Shown piece after piece: positions 25,330 through 36,900 of a DNA stretch of 64,000 nucleotides. The notes below the pieces were generated by a model that saw only the letters and a list, made by a program, of their open reading frames with translations, searched no databases and had not been told where the DNA came from. Both the position numbers and the translations under genes were made by a program. The stretch's first letter is position 1. Every line of letters begins with the position of its first letter. The stretch is from NCBI RefSeq assembly GCF_902652985.1, contig NC_047022.1, positions 7,006,001 through 7,070,000 on the forward strand. Reading direction: 5' to 3'. Origin of the DNA: Pecten maximus. Its lineage: Eukaryota.

Positions 25330-26879
25330 AATATAAACTTTATTTTATTCATTCAATTCATACATATACAATACACAATCATACAATCATAATGTGAATA
25401 GGATTCGGAAACAAGTATAAGACTTATATTAATCCGTTTCCTTTTATGACACATTGAGTAAACGGCAGCAAGTGGGAGAATACGTAAGTGAGCAATGTAA
25501 TACTTGAATAAATGAAAAATGGGGAAATTCGGAAAAAGGAGAGATGAAAAGACCAGAAGAAAAAGATCAGAGAGGAATTTTATGCCATGACATGAGATAT
25601 ACAACCTGCTGTAGCAGCTGTGCAAACAATAAAGAATAAAAAATAAAAACAATCATTCAAATCTTTTAGAAATAATTATAAATTCTTGAACACTGGAAAA
25701 AATCAAAAGATTTTCATCATACGTGAGTTCGTTATCACCGAAGAGTAGTATTTCAGTTGATAAGGGATAGTTTAGAGCACTAAAACAACGTAAGCGAAAC
25801 TGTGCGAAAAGTGGACAACGTAATAAGAAATGTTCGTTGGTCTCATCTTCATGATTACACATGCATAGAGGACTATCTATAAGATTTTTATGAAATAGAT
25901 AAAATTTTAGTGGACTGCACTCCATCCTTAATCTTGCATGGTGAATCTGACCCAGTCTATTGCCGCTAAGGAAGTAATGTGGAACTTTGTGGCGTGGTTT
26001 ATTCAAATGACTTTTCAATTTAGTTATGGACGGATCACTTTTGATTGCATCTGGCAAGGAATTCCACAAAGGGATTACAGATGGCAGGAAGGATTTCATG
26101 TAAAGACTTGTGCGACAAGGAGGAGGGCGAAAGTTATTTCCAACACGAGTATTGTGATCATGGATGCTATTATTACGTCGAGGAAGAATTTCTTGTAGAT
26201 ACTGAGGAAGGAGACCGTGAACCATTTTATGGAAATGAATTATTTTGTGGTGTTTACGTCTTTGCTCTAAGGGAAGCCAGCCTGTTTCAAGATAAAGTTT
26301 TACTCTACTTGTGAGTTTAGTTCCGCCAGTAACTATACGCGCTGCCTCTAATTGGAGATTTTCTAGCATGTCAGACTGAGTTTTTGTAAGGTTATCCCAA
26401 ATAATGTTCCCATATTCAAAAATAGGTCGGATAAGAGTAAAATACAGAGTTTGAAGGGACGTACGATCTAAAGTGAATTTGAATCTGCGTAAAATATTCA
26501 ATTTTGGTGAAACCTTGGATATGATCAAGTTGATATGATCAGTCCAACCGCCATTGTTGGACAGAGTCAAACCGAGATGCCTATGTGAACTTACCTCAGA
26601 AAGCAAAATATTGTTCATATATAGAGGGGGATGAATTGGGGAAGTAGTCTTTTTGGATATTAATAAGGTTTCTGTTTTAGTAGGATTGAAGTTAACCAAC
26701 CAATTCACCGACCATTCATGAATTTTACGAAGATCGAAATTCAAATCGACTGCACTTATCCTAGGTGAGTCGATAATGACATACAAAGAGGTGTCATCTG
26801 CGAATAATTTTATATTAGCTCGTATGTCTTTCACAATGTCATTTATAAATAAAAGAAACAAAAGGGGGCCCAGTAGTAA
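25330..26879 (-). mobile_element. 5'-truncated CR1-clade LINE with 13-bp TSD
   Basis: TSD TTTTGGTAATTTT at 25317-25329 and 26880-26892; AATAAA near the 3' end. Confidence 0.92.
25653..26873 (-). pseudogene. C-terminal half of CR1 reverse transcriptase, open frame without a start
   Basis: LGPLLFLLFIND, KLFADD, FNPTKT, HRHLG, IRPIFEY, terminal CMC..EHFLLRC. Confidence 0.92.
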
Positions 26880-27574
26880 TTTTGGTAATTTTGACCAACT
26901 GCACGATACGAGTTTTTGTATCTTTGTATATCGACCTTAATTTGAAGACTTTACCTCTCATAACATCAATGAAATAACGCAAACTTTACACCGATTTGTT
27001 AAATTATACCAAACCAGAAATCAAACGTGTGACTTTCGTTTAATGTCGGTCTATTTCGCCACACAATAGGCTTTAAATCCCAGTGTGTTTCGAAACGCTA
27101 CGAGGCGATGCAGCCAATATGGCGACGAATTCGGTGTCACCTGGGTTTCAGAACGAGGCACTCTGATACTTCCGGGCATGGGTGATATTTGGTAAGATAT
27201 ATAGACTGTTACCAGTCTCCCTGATATACAAGTCTCTGGTATTAGTCACTTCATATAACCGTTTTTAATATCGTTATTTCAACAGGTCATATGACCTGAT
27301 TTTGAGAAATAAAGATGTTGGTCATAATCAATATAACGATATCTGTATTACTTATTTTACTACAGTTGTGTGATCGCACATCGTTCCAAAAACATGGTGC
27401 AGACATCGTGCGCACAAATGTGCGATACAAACCGCACAACTGTGCGATGTAAACCGCACACCTTACGATAGGTTTATAAATGGGCGAGTACAAAACCCGG
27501 AATGCACTCAGGCGTGAAGAGATTTTTGTTGATTTATTGTGTTTATTAGGTCATAATTCCGTTATTACTGAATG

Positions 27575-28087
27575 GATTTTGGTTCGGATACCAGCAGTAA
27601 AAGGGTTGATTTATCCCCTTTAAAATGGTATAAGTTATATCTAGCAGTATCAAAAAATAGAAGTGAAAGCGGTGGCCGGAATGAACCCATATGGAATAAA
27701 AATGTCGATATTTACAACTGTTTTCGTTATAATAAATACCCATATCTCAAATATTACTGAACAGATTTTTGTTCGGGAACCACACAAAAACGGAGAATTT
27801 AGTACTCTTTCACATGATATAAACTGTTTGAATACATGCTCGATATTACTTTCAAAAGTGGTGGCCGGAATGAATTGATGTGGTGTGAAAAAATAGCAAA
27901 ATCGTCAAAGTTACATGTAAATTTCCATCTTTATTGGTCAATAACTCTTTTATTACTTAACCGATTTCTGTTCGGAACACACTCTGGACAAGATAATTTT
28001 ATAGGCTTTAAGCTGATATAACTTTTATTAATATTCATTACAAATTCGGTGCAAAAGTGGTGGCCGGAATGAACCTAGTTGAAATTC
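27575..28087. repeat. Degenerate 190-200 bp tandem repeat, MULE-like terminal region
   Basis: AAAG(C/T)GGTGGCCGGAATGAA at 27666, 27855 and 28054. Confidence 0.65.
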
Positions 28088-28295
28088 ACGGACGCCATTT
28101 TACGAGTATGTCCAAGCCGATACCACACTACGTCTATACTAAAACAACATACTATATAGGCCTATACGGTACACCGGTCACCATGACCAGGTAACGAGCG
28201 GCTCGTTCACACCATGATGAATATAATTAATCTTTAGATGGGCTTACGCTGGCCGATGACTGTTAACTAGGAAGCCAATTATATACTACTTATAA

Positions 28296-28985
28296 GATAA
28301 TCCAGTCCAAGACAGTGAATCAGTTCAAGAACCTAATGTTAGTAAAGTTAGTGAATCTAAAGAAGTAGACATATCAAACGATCTCAAAACCGACAAACAA
28401 CAAATAACTGATAATATTCAAGAAGGTTTAGAAAATAAAAGTCAACCATCAAATAAAAATCTGTCTCGGGTATGTTTAGCTAGATTAGTTTTAGAAAATA
28501 ATCAAAAAGCGTTCGTTGTATGTGGGAACAACAATTCTAAATATGCAGTTACATTATATCCAAAGGAAACTTGTCAATGTCCGTCTACTGGAACTTGTTA
28601 CCATATCATGGCTGCTAGAATGAAAATGGGGGATGGAATTGTAGACAGTAAAAGAACCGTTAGTTTAAAACAGTTATCTAAAAACAGTTTAAAAAGAAAC
28701 GATAAAAAATCAGGCAGAAAAAAACCAAGATGTAACGATTATGATAGGGATGTAATTGCGGCACCTGATTCGGTTACTCTTAATCAAGATAATGATACAA
28801 TAATGGTATATAGTACGCCACCTAAAACGCCAAAATCTACGAAAAAACTAGGTCCATCAAAAACTCCTATTCAACAAATAAAGACTCCTACAAATCAATC
28901 TATTAAAAAGGAAACTTTAAGTCCTGTAAAAAAAGGAAACCACGTGTTCCAAAAAGAAATTAAGATTTCAGTTAGAAGATTCTGA
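28296..28985 (+). pseudogene. SWIM zinc-finger fragment, probably a MULE transposase C-terminus
   Basis: The frame is open from 28296: AFVVCG..KYAVTLYPKETCQCPSTGTCYHIMAA (CxC-x5-CxH), then basic KKSGRKKPR. Confidence 0.72.
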
Positions 28986-29419
28986 TACATGTAATATTCC
29001 AAAATAACTAGTTATACGAAAAGATATACGAAAAAAATAAAATTATGATATAAGATGGTCGGTTTTATACATACGTGGTGCATAACAATAGTTTTCATGC
29101 ATGGAACATGTATGACCTGTTTATTTTTGCCATTTAAGTACCGTCATTTTGTCTCGCAAGTATTCGTAATGTTTTCGACGGCCTGGTGATACATCTACAT
29201 GTACAGTACATGTACCAGAATGGTAGACGGACATCACTACGATTATTTATCTTACTTAATACATAAATTACATATATTATGTATTTTTAAACACAGAAAT
29301 GTTTCTATTCAAAACAAGTCGTTTTATCTGTTGTTTAGTTCTACATGTATAGGGCGAATCGCGCGGCCATTTTGTGACGTCACTATTAGGGCGTGGCTTA
29401 ACACTGGTAGGCAAAAACA

Positions 29420-32128
29420 ATGGCGGACACAAAGATTACTACGAGGAAGATACCTGAAAGCGAAGGCGATATCGCATATTATATCGAGGATCAGCCACGC
29501 GAGGCAAGGCAGCGATATGAAACGAAGTTGACCTACGACAAGGGGCAGAAGTCTTTACCTAATCCGTACAGATTATCCTCGGGATGGGTAAACGACATAT
29601 CTACCTGGCCAGACCTAACTTACGGCGATATTTATAACTACCTGATCGACAGCCCAGGTGTATACACCAAGGAATCTATGAAAGCCTACAAATCGTTGGA
29701 CGCATACAGGTAGGCACAAAACCAATGAAATAATTAAATAGAAAAGTGATCTGATGTCGGAGTTTCGCTGTATTTAAACCGTCGATACATAATAAACATT
29801 TATCATTTACCTTTCGCGGGGAGAATTTGATTTGGTCACGTGACGACACACCTGGTTGATGTTTACCTTTGTGTAGAAAGGTGTCGATACAGTAACGTGC
29901 AGATTCTTAATCTGTGTCACTGTTTTAGATCGTTTCTGTTCCTGGATAACCCCATCGGTGCAGTCTTGTTGATTCACTTGCATAGTCTATGTGTTTTGTT
30001 TTACTGAGATTGTAACAAATGATCACTGATCTGTCCTCTAGGTATGTGCAGAGTGGACATGTCCAGGAAGTGTACTACCATCCTTTGGATGATAGGAACC
30101 TCTTCTGTTTCCTCAAGGCAAAGGTTGTTCCATCGCAGAGAGTGAATGATAAGCCTCACCAACCATGGATATGTGTCAACAAAGACAGTGGCAATATCTA
30201 TTGTGCACATTGCACATGCATGGCAGGGTAATTATAACTATATTATTTCAGTAACATCAAAGCTTCTGAAGATGAAGTATTTTTAAAATTTGCATAATTC
30301 CATTTTGTTCTAATTATATAAATTATTATCATAATAAATTAACATAAGTTAATATTTAGGGAGAGGAAACTACTTAAGTAGTTATGTTACTAATAGCTTC
30401 TGTACTTTTAATTATATTTGCTCCTGTTTGTTTTGAAAGACAATGTATAAAATTATTTACAATATTTGGTCTTTTTTTGCTTTAATCTATATTAATGTGA
30501 CATTACATTTCTCTTTCAGACTCGGAGAGGCCTGTAGCCATATTGCCGCACTCATGTTTAAAATACAGATTGCCGTTCACATGGGTTTGACAACCAAATC
30601 ATCAACTAGTGACATCTGTAAATGGAACAGCACATTTCGAAAGGAGGTAAATATCATCAATAATACTTTAGTCAGCCATTAACATGTTGGTAGTTCTAGA
30701 TCTTATTCCATGTGTGTGAAGTTAATGTCATGATGTATTGGTATTAAAATGAAATACATAGTAATGTTTGTAAAACATAATTAACTCTTTATTAAGTGAC
30801 AGTTAATGATCAAGAACAATATATGAATGCTGTGTAGTGTGAAATCTGTAGTAACACTATTTACTGGTATAAAGTTTCTGTTGACCCATGAGACTTGATT
30901 GAAAATATTGCAATGTGTACATTTTTCACTATTATTCCTGCAGATTGAGCCCAAGACAGTGTCCGAAATGCAGGGTATCCTAAAGGATGGAAATCGAACA
31001 CATCCTGTAGCAACTGTTCATGCAACAAGCAGGGACCCTTTACCCTCAGATGACATCATCAAAGCCCTCAAAGATGTGTGTCCAGGTGCCGTATTTTTCA
31101 CCACAATTCCACCTGTTGGTCCCCAAGAGACAGTCGAGAAGCCGAAAAAAACAGAAAAGGCTCCAGCCACAATCACATCTCTGTTCTGTACAGACAACAT
31201 CCCCAGTGATACAGATGGACTGAAGGACAAGTGCCAAGAGGTATGGACAAGTTATATTGTAACACATGACCCAGCTTCCTTTATTGAACAATCAACAAGG
31301 AACCAGAATGTGTGTAGCCGGTGGTTTGAACATAGGAAGGGCAGGATTACAGCCAGTAAAGCCCATGATGTGTTTGTGAGGAGAGACAGCACTAAGCCAG
31401 ACAATTTAGTACGGAGAATTGTTGGATATCAGTCCTACGATCTTTCGAAGACAAAATCTGTTTCGTGGGGATTGGACAATGAGGACACAGCTAGGGAGCA
31501 GTACAGGAAAGCCATGACATCTGTCCATTCGAACTTTGTTGTCAGAAAGTCTGGTCTCCTGATCGATTCCAATAGGCCGTATCTTTGAGCCTCATCAGAT
31601 GGTATCCGTGAATGTGCGTGCTGTGGCAAAGGAACTGTGGAAATAAAGTGCCCTTACAAACACAGGAAATCACAAATTGACCATGCAGCGAAATCTGACG
31701 GCACCTTTTGCCTTGATAAGGACCTGAAGCTCAAGCGTGGACATAAATATTATACTCAGGTACAACTGCAGATGTCTGTTCACCGGGTTCAGTTTTGTGA
31801 TTTCATAATATATTCAGAGAAGGACATGATAGTGAACATCATTCCATATGACACCGATTACTGTCAGAAAGTGCTAACAAAGTGCAACACATTTTTCATG
31901 GACCATATACTACCAGAGATCCTGACAAGACGTCTCTATAATTCTGAGTCATCCGCAGCAGACAAACTGGAGGAAGAGAACCTCTACTGTATATGCCAAG
32001 AACCAGCATACGGCAAGATGGTACAATGTTCAAATGCAGATTGTCCAAATGAATGGTTTCACTATGGATGCATGAACATTAGGAGGAAACCAAGAGGGGC
32101 TTGGTTCTGTCCAACTTGCAAGTTGTGA
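29420..32128 (+). pseudogene. SWIM + YqaJ (lambda-exonuclease-like) + PHD accessory protein; exons 29420-29709, 30042-30227, 30520-30646, 30944-32128; one nonsense codon
   Basis: GT-AG introns with matching phases 2, 2, 0. SWIM CTCMAGLGEACSH; YqaJ motifs WFEHRKGRITAS, PYL*ASSDG (TGA 31586-31588 where Gly is expected), VEIKCP, YYTQVQLQM; C4HC3 PHD at the C-terminus. Confidence 0.9.
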
Positions 32129-32300
32129 ACTTAATTATGTGATCGTTAAGTTGTGAACTATTTACTCCAGACTCGACAGGTGTGAACTTGTTGTGTGAAC
32201 ATTTAAGTTGTGGTGAACTCTACTCCAGCCTCGACAGGTGTGAACTTGTCATGTGAACATTTAAGTTGTGAACTTTATTTACTCCAGACTTGACAGGTTT
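32120..32300. repeat. About 58-bp tandem repeat, 3 copies, in the inter-gene 3' region of the transposon
   Basis: aagttgtgaact..actccagactcgacaggt recurs near 32148, 32205 and 32263. Confidence 0.8.
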
Positions 32301-32675
32301 ACAATAACCATGTCTTTGTCATTTGGATTCCCTTGAAATTAGAACACAAATTCAGTGATTATAAGCAAGTGATTTTTAATGTGTGATTATACATTTATAA
32401 ATTGAAACATGAATGATATCACTACAATTGCAATATGATTAAATAACTTGAACAGTCCAATCTCTTCGGTATTTTTTCCTCAGTTATATTGCACACAACT
32501 TATCAGATAATTGCAGTAAATTCACTGATACAAGCATCAACAGTACACACAACTGGGTGTAGGAATTCAAACAATTATCCATGTGTAAATAAATTATAAG
32601 TGTCAATAAATTAAAGTGAAAAACTTTTTCACTTTCTCACAGGATATACAATATGAAAATTATGCACATATTTTT

Positions 32676-34665
32676 TTATGTTACTAAACTTGGTTGCAAG
32701 TTACACAAAGCTGCACAGATTGTTACGACAGAGTCTACATGTGGAACTAAACTCATAGGCATAGGGCCACTAATGACCTTAAAGGTTTTTAAGCGTCCAA
32801 TGGCACGTTCGACATGTATCCTAACTCTAGCAATGGTGCGCGTTCTTTCAATGTCTTTCTGGCTCAGTTGGACCAGTCCACGGGTAAAGGCAGGGATGAC
32901 AAGTGTTGCACCTCTTGAAACAAGTTCTTCAGAAATCAAAAAACCACGGTCTGCTAAAACAACATCATTATAAGAAATCAAATCAAGAAATCCAGAACGC
33001 TGAGTGATTATCTTGTCTGAAGTTCTACCACCAAATACTCTGGACAAGTACGATATGGCACCACATGGGGTTATAGCAACTAAAAGCTTCAAAGTGTTAT
33101 TGTGTTTATAATTTGACCAAGTAGATGCTCTCGCTGTCAAATTTCCAGGGTGGTCAATGAAAATCTCGGTACAGTCTATGATGCATCGACTTCCTTTGAA
33201 ATGTTGTCTTACTATGTCAGGCATTGTTCTTATAATGTCATCTTTTTCTGGCCAGTGAATGAGAAATGCCAGTTTCGATGCCAGAACTGGTATTGTATTA
33301 TTCACAACATCTGAAATGACTGATTCTGAGCATCTAAAGCGGACTGCCAAGTCAAAGTTCAATGCATTCATCCTCAACTTCATCAAAATTATCATCAGAA
33401 CACTGGCAGAATCTAAACATTGCTTCTTTGGTAAAACAGACACAACATAGTTCAGTAACCACAGGAAACAAGCATATGATGGTAGCCCAGAATAGGAAGT
33501 TGTCCTGCTGTTATTATCTTTGAGAAGATTTGGTCCAAATGATATCTTATCCACTGATGCCCGTAAATCCTCATTCTCAGCTTGTAATCGTTGAAGCTCC
33601 TGCTGCATCTGACTATTCTGCCTCTGAAGTCGAGTTATTGTGTTGATGCAATGTGCATGAGGGTCTAGATCTGCAACAGGATCACACTGGTTCTTTGGCT
33701 CCGATGCGGAGAGTTCTAGCAATATGTTGGCAGCTAGGGAAGTATTCTCCTTGCTGGCAATCTCTTCCTCTCTCTTGCGGAGTCTGACATGTCTCTTGGA
33801 TCCTGGTGTTACTTGCCGTAAAGGTTCATATCCCATAGAAACAGAAGGGACATAGTCTGGATCAAGGGGGTCATTGCTCTTACCTGAAATAAGAAACATT
33901 TGTTATAGAAGTTGCAAAGAAAAAAATATACTCAATATAATTATATGAACATATAATATTCAAGCAGGTGCAACTATTATCTAATTTATAACAGGAGATA
34001 ACTACATTTCTATAAATACAGTATCTAAATTCTAAACAGTTTCAAAAAAGTTATGACTTATTGAAATGTGTGTGTTCAATGAAATAGGTGTCTATAATGA
34101 CTGTAAAAAAGGCCTCTTAAAAACTTAATTCACAATAAAGATTGAAAATCAAAACAATATGTTACAACAAACAATCTGCGTTATTGATCCCTTCATATGA
34201 ATCATTTTAATATAAGACTAGTGTAAGTAAGCTCGTCTGCTTACCGACTAGACTCCAGCCAAGAACTATTTGGTAAGTGTTAGATCTATGATGGGGAATC
34301 GTTTACAGTAGCCTATATAGGGGCGCTCAAAATGCTGTGTAAATTAACCATCAAAATGTTCCGTATAATGATGTAACTTTAAATTAACATTCTTCACATA
34401 CAGAACAAATACAACAGGAGTGTATATTGTATTGTCAGTTAGTTTAAACTATGGTTATTTTTAATCTACCGAAGAACGATTACACACCGTTGATAAAATG
34501 GCGACCGCAGACACGATGGCTGTCGTTTGGAGTCCAGTCTTTTCTTTTCAATGCCGCCAACCAAAGTCGTTTTCTCTCGGGTTTCTTTGGGAATCTGTAA
34601 AATGACAACTTTGTCCTTGCATCCCCTCTGCTAGTGCAATCGATGACACAGCAAGATGTCGGCAT
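32676..34665 (-). CDS. THAP + coiled coil + HTH + DDE (ISL2/DDE_Tnp_4-like) transposase, 461 aa, exons 34665-34488 and 33883-32676
   Basis: THAP MPTSCCVIDC..FYRFP..W..VCGRHF, phase-1 GT-AG intron, catalytic IIDCTE, LADRGF and IHVERAI. No stops. Confidence 0.92.
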
Positions 34666-36328
34666 AATCGCATTAATAGGTTCAGCATCTATCGACCCAT
34701 ATAATGTAAACAAGTAATGGCGGATAGCTTGGAGTACTCCAGTATTGCCTACCACTCAAAATCACGTGACTTTGTGACGTCATCGCGATTCGCCCTATAA
34801 ATAGCTTGTGTGTAATCTCGCCGAATACACATTTCTTCCACTCGCCAAGGCCTAGAGGTGTCCTCGACGACGTCCGAGCAAATTATATAAACGTTCTTAA
34901 ATAATAAAGTACATAACTTATTTAATTATACATCGGTATTTAGTTTCAATCCTAATAATTATTGCATATATTTCAACAAAAATATGGTAATTAGCTGCCT
35001 CGTAAAATGTTAATCGTTGTATATCTTTTACAATCGTTCCACACGTTTAAATACTTAGATGAGGCATTCCTCATTTTACATCTACCACGATACATATCGC
35101 ACATGTACCGTTCCAATCGCCCATCGTGCGCACATTTTCCTGCACGATCCGTATCGCATATATCGCACATCGTGCAGACATCGTGCGCACATCGCACAGC
35201 GTGGAACGTAGTGCGATCACATAACTGTATATTGTTGCAAGACTTCTATTTCTGTTTTTAAATCATTTCGATATAGTATGAGAAAGTATGTAACTAAAGT
35301 TATGTTTATTCTCAAAATGTTAATATTCCATTTAAAATGACAAATAAAAACATTCTAAGTAACGCAATTATTAAAACAATAGTCAATTTCAATCATGATG
35401 TTCATGTTAGATATAATAAACATCCAATTTCATATTGATTGTCAAACTTGACAAAATACTAGTATTATTGCTTTATTTTATCAAATAAATTATTATTCTT
35501 GCATGTCCAATATAGATTATATAATATACTTTTGAAATGTATTGTATGCAATATAATATTTATATGTATTTGAGTCTATGTTAATTTGTAGTTTTATATC
35601 ATAATGCTTATCCATCGATACATTGATACATTGATAAACAATTTAAAATAAATTGCATAAACCGTTATTCATAGTCAGATGATATTACTACATATTTTTA
35701 AAACTAGGATGAGTTCCTTATTTTAAAAAAAATCCAAGAATATTAATGCGTACATAATGTACATGTAACATCAAAATTTCCACAGTATAACCGATATCCT
35801 ACACGTGTAGCCCTGATTCAGTAAAGTCGTTGATCCACGCTTATTGCACATTGCCTGGCTTCATGTGTACTGTAACATCTTCAGTAGCAGTTTGTATAAT
35901 TACACTAGCAGCCTGTTAATAACCAGATCTACATGTACACGTGTAAGCTAATTTTCCAGTAATTAGATAAACAACAGTTATCTAAACTACGTGGATTATG
36001 TCTAAACGATATTCATGTAATACTGCCTGTACTTAATTATCTCCTTGTAGTGCCAATTAATGTGGTAATTACAAGTATACTTCAGGTCACGAGCCCCATG
36101 ACCATATTTAGTCGGGGGGAACTTATCTGTCGGGTCGATGCACATCTTAGTAGTATACAGGTACCATTTTCTGCTTGTATCATTGCCACTTCTAGCCGTA
36201 CATTGTGCGGATACAACACTGTTCACCTTCACCTGCACCACTAAACAGAAGAACATACAAGTTTGTCATTCTTCCACACTCAACAACTACAACAACATCT
36301 ACGACAGTGAGTTCACTTTATTTGCGCC

Positions 36329-36900
36329 GGTGACGAAAATGAACCCGGGATCGGACTCACAATAGAAGGACACCACTATACACTGATAAAGATTCAAGGT
36401 ACGTTTATTTGTTTGACTTTATTTTTCAAACATTACTTTTAAATATCAGATTATATCTATCTGTATTTCACCTTGACCGATGCACCACCACAGCAAGCTC
36501 TTTTTTTATCATGATATAAAAGTTTTTTCACGGCCAATGCAACTAGTTTTACCAATTTTATTTACGATCGAAGGACCGCCCATTTCCTTCCAAACTATTA
36601 TCAGTTTTAAGACATCCACAGCGTCAGAGACAAGCTAACTTAGAGAAATAGATGCAACTAAGGTAACACACATATACACAGATCAAACACATGCAAATAC
36701 ACCACCAAAAGAGTTGAAAACAAATACACTTACAAGCATCAGAACGCTAACAGAATACTCATACTGACCACAACATCCAATAACCAAACAGACACAATGC
36801 ACATCATTCTAATAATTAGGACCAGCCCCCTCATAGTTGCCAGCGTGATGAATTATTACCTCGTCCCTCTAAGCGAAAGAAATCACCACGGGGGTCACAG
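36329..36900 (-). mobile_element. Possible solo LTR
   Basis: Ends GGTGACGAAA ... GGGGGTCACA (degenerate TGTGAC/GTCACA) with minus-strand AATAAA near 36404-36423. No clear TSD. Confidence 0.35.

Larger units (their letters stand above)
29351..34796. mobile_element. Complete ISL2EU-type (PIF/Harbinger superfamily) DNA transposon
   Basis: Perfect 13-bp TIR AGGGCGAATCGCG / CGCGATTCGCCCT, AT dinucleotide on both sides, two convergent genes (YqaJ exonuclease and THAP-DDE transposase). Confidence 0.93.
27363..35227. mobile_element. TA-flanked TIR element (Tc1/mariner-like non-autonomous shell) containing nested elements
   Basis: TA|CAGTTGTGTGATCGCACATCGTTCCA ... TGGAACGTAGTGCGATCACATAACTG|TA; CGCAC/GTGCG subterminal repeats at both ends. 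Confidence 0.8.

Noticed and set aside
31960-32128. Host ING gene
   Set aside because: The PHD is in frame with YqaJ inside the TIRs and there is no ING N-terminal domain.
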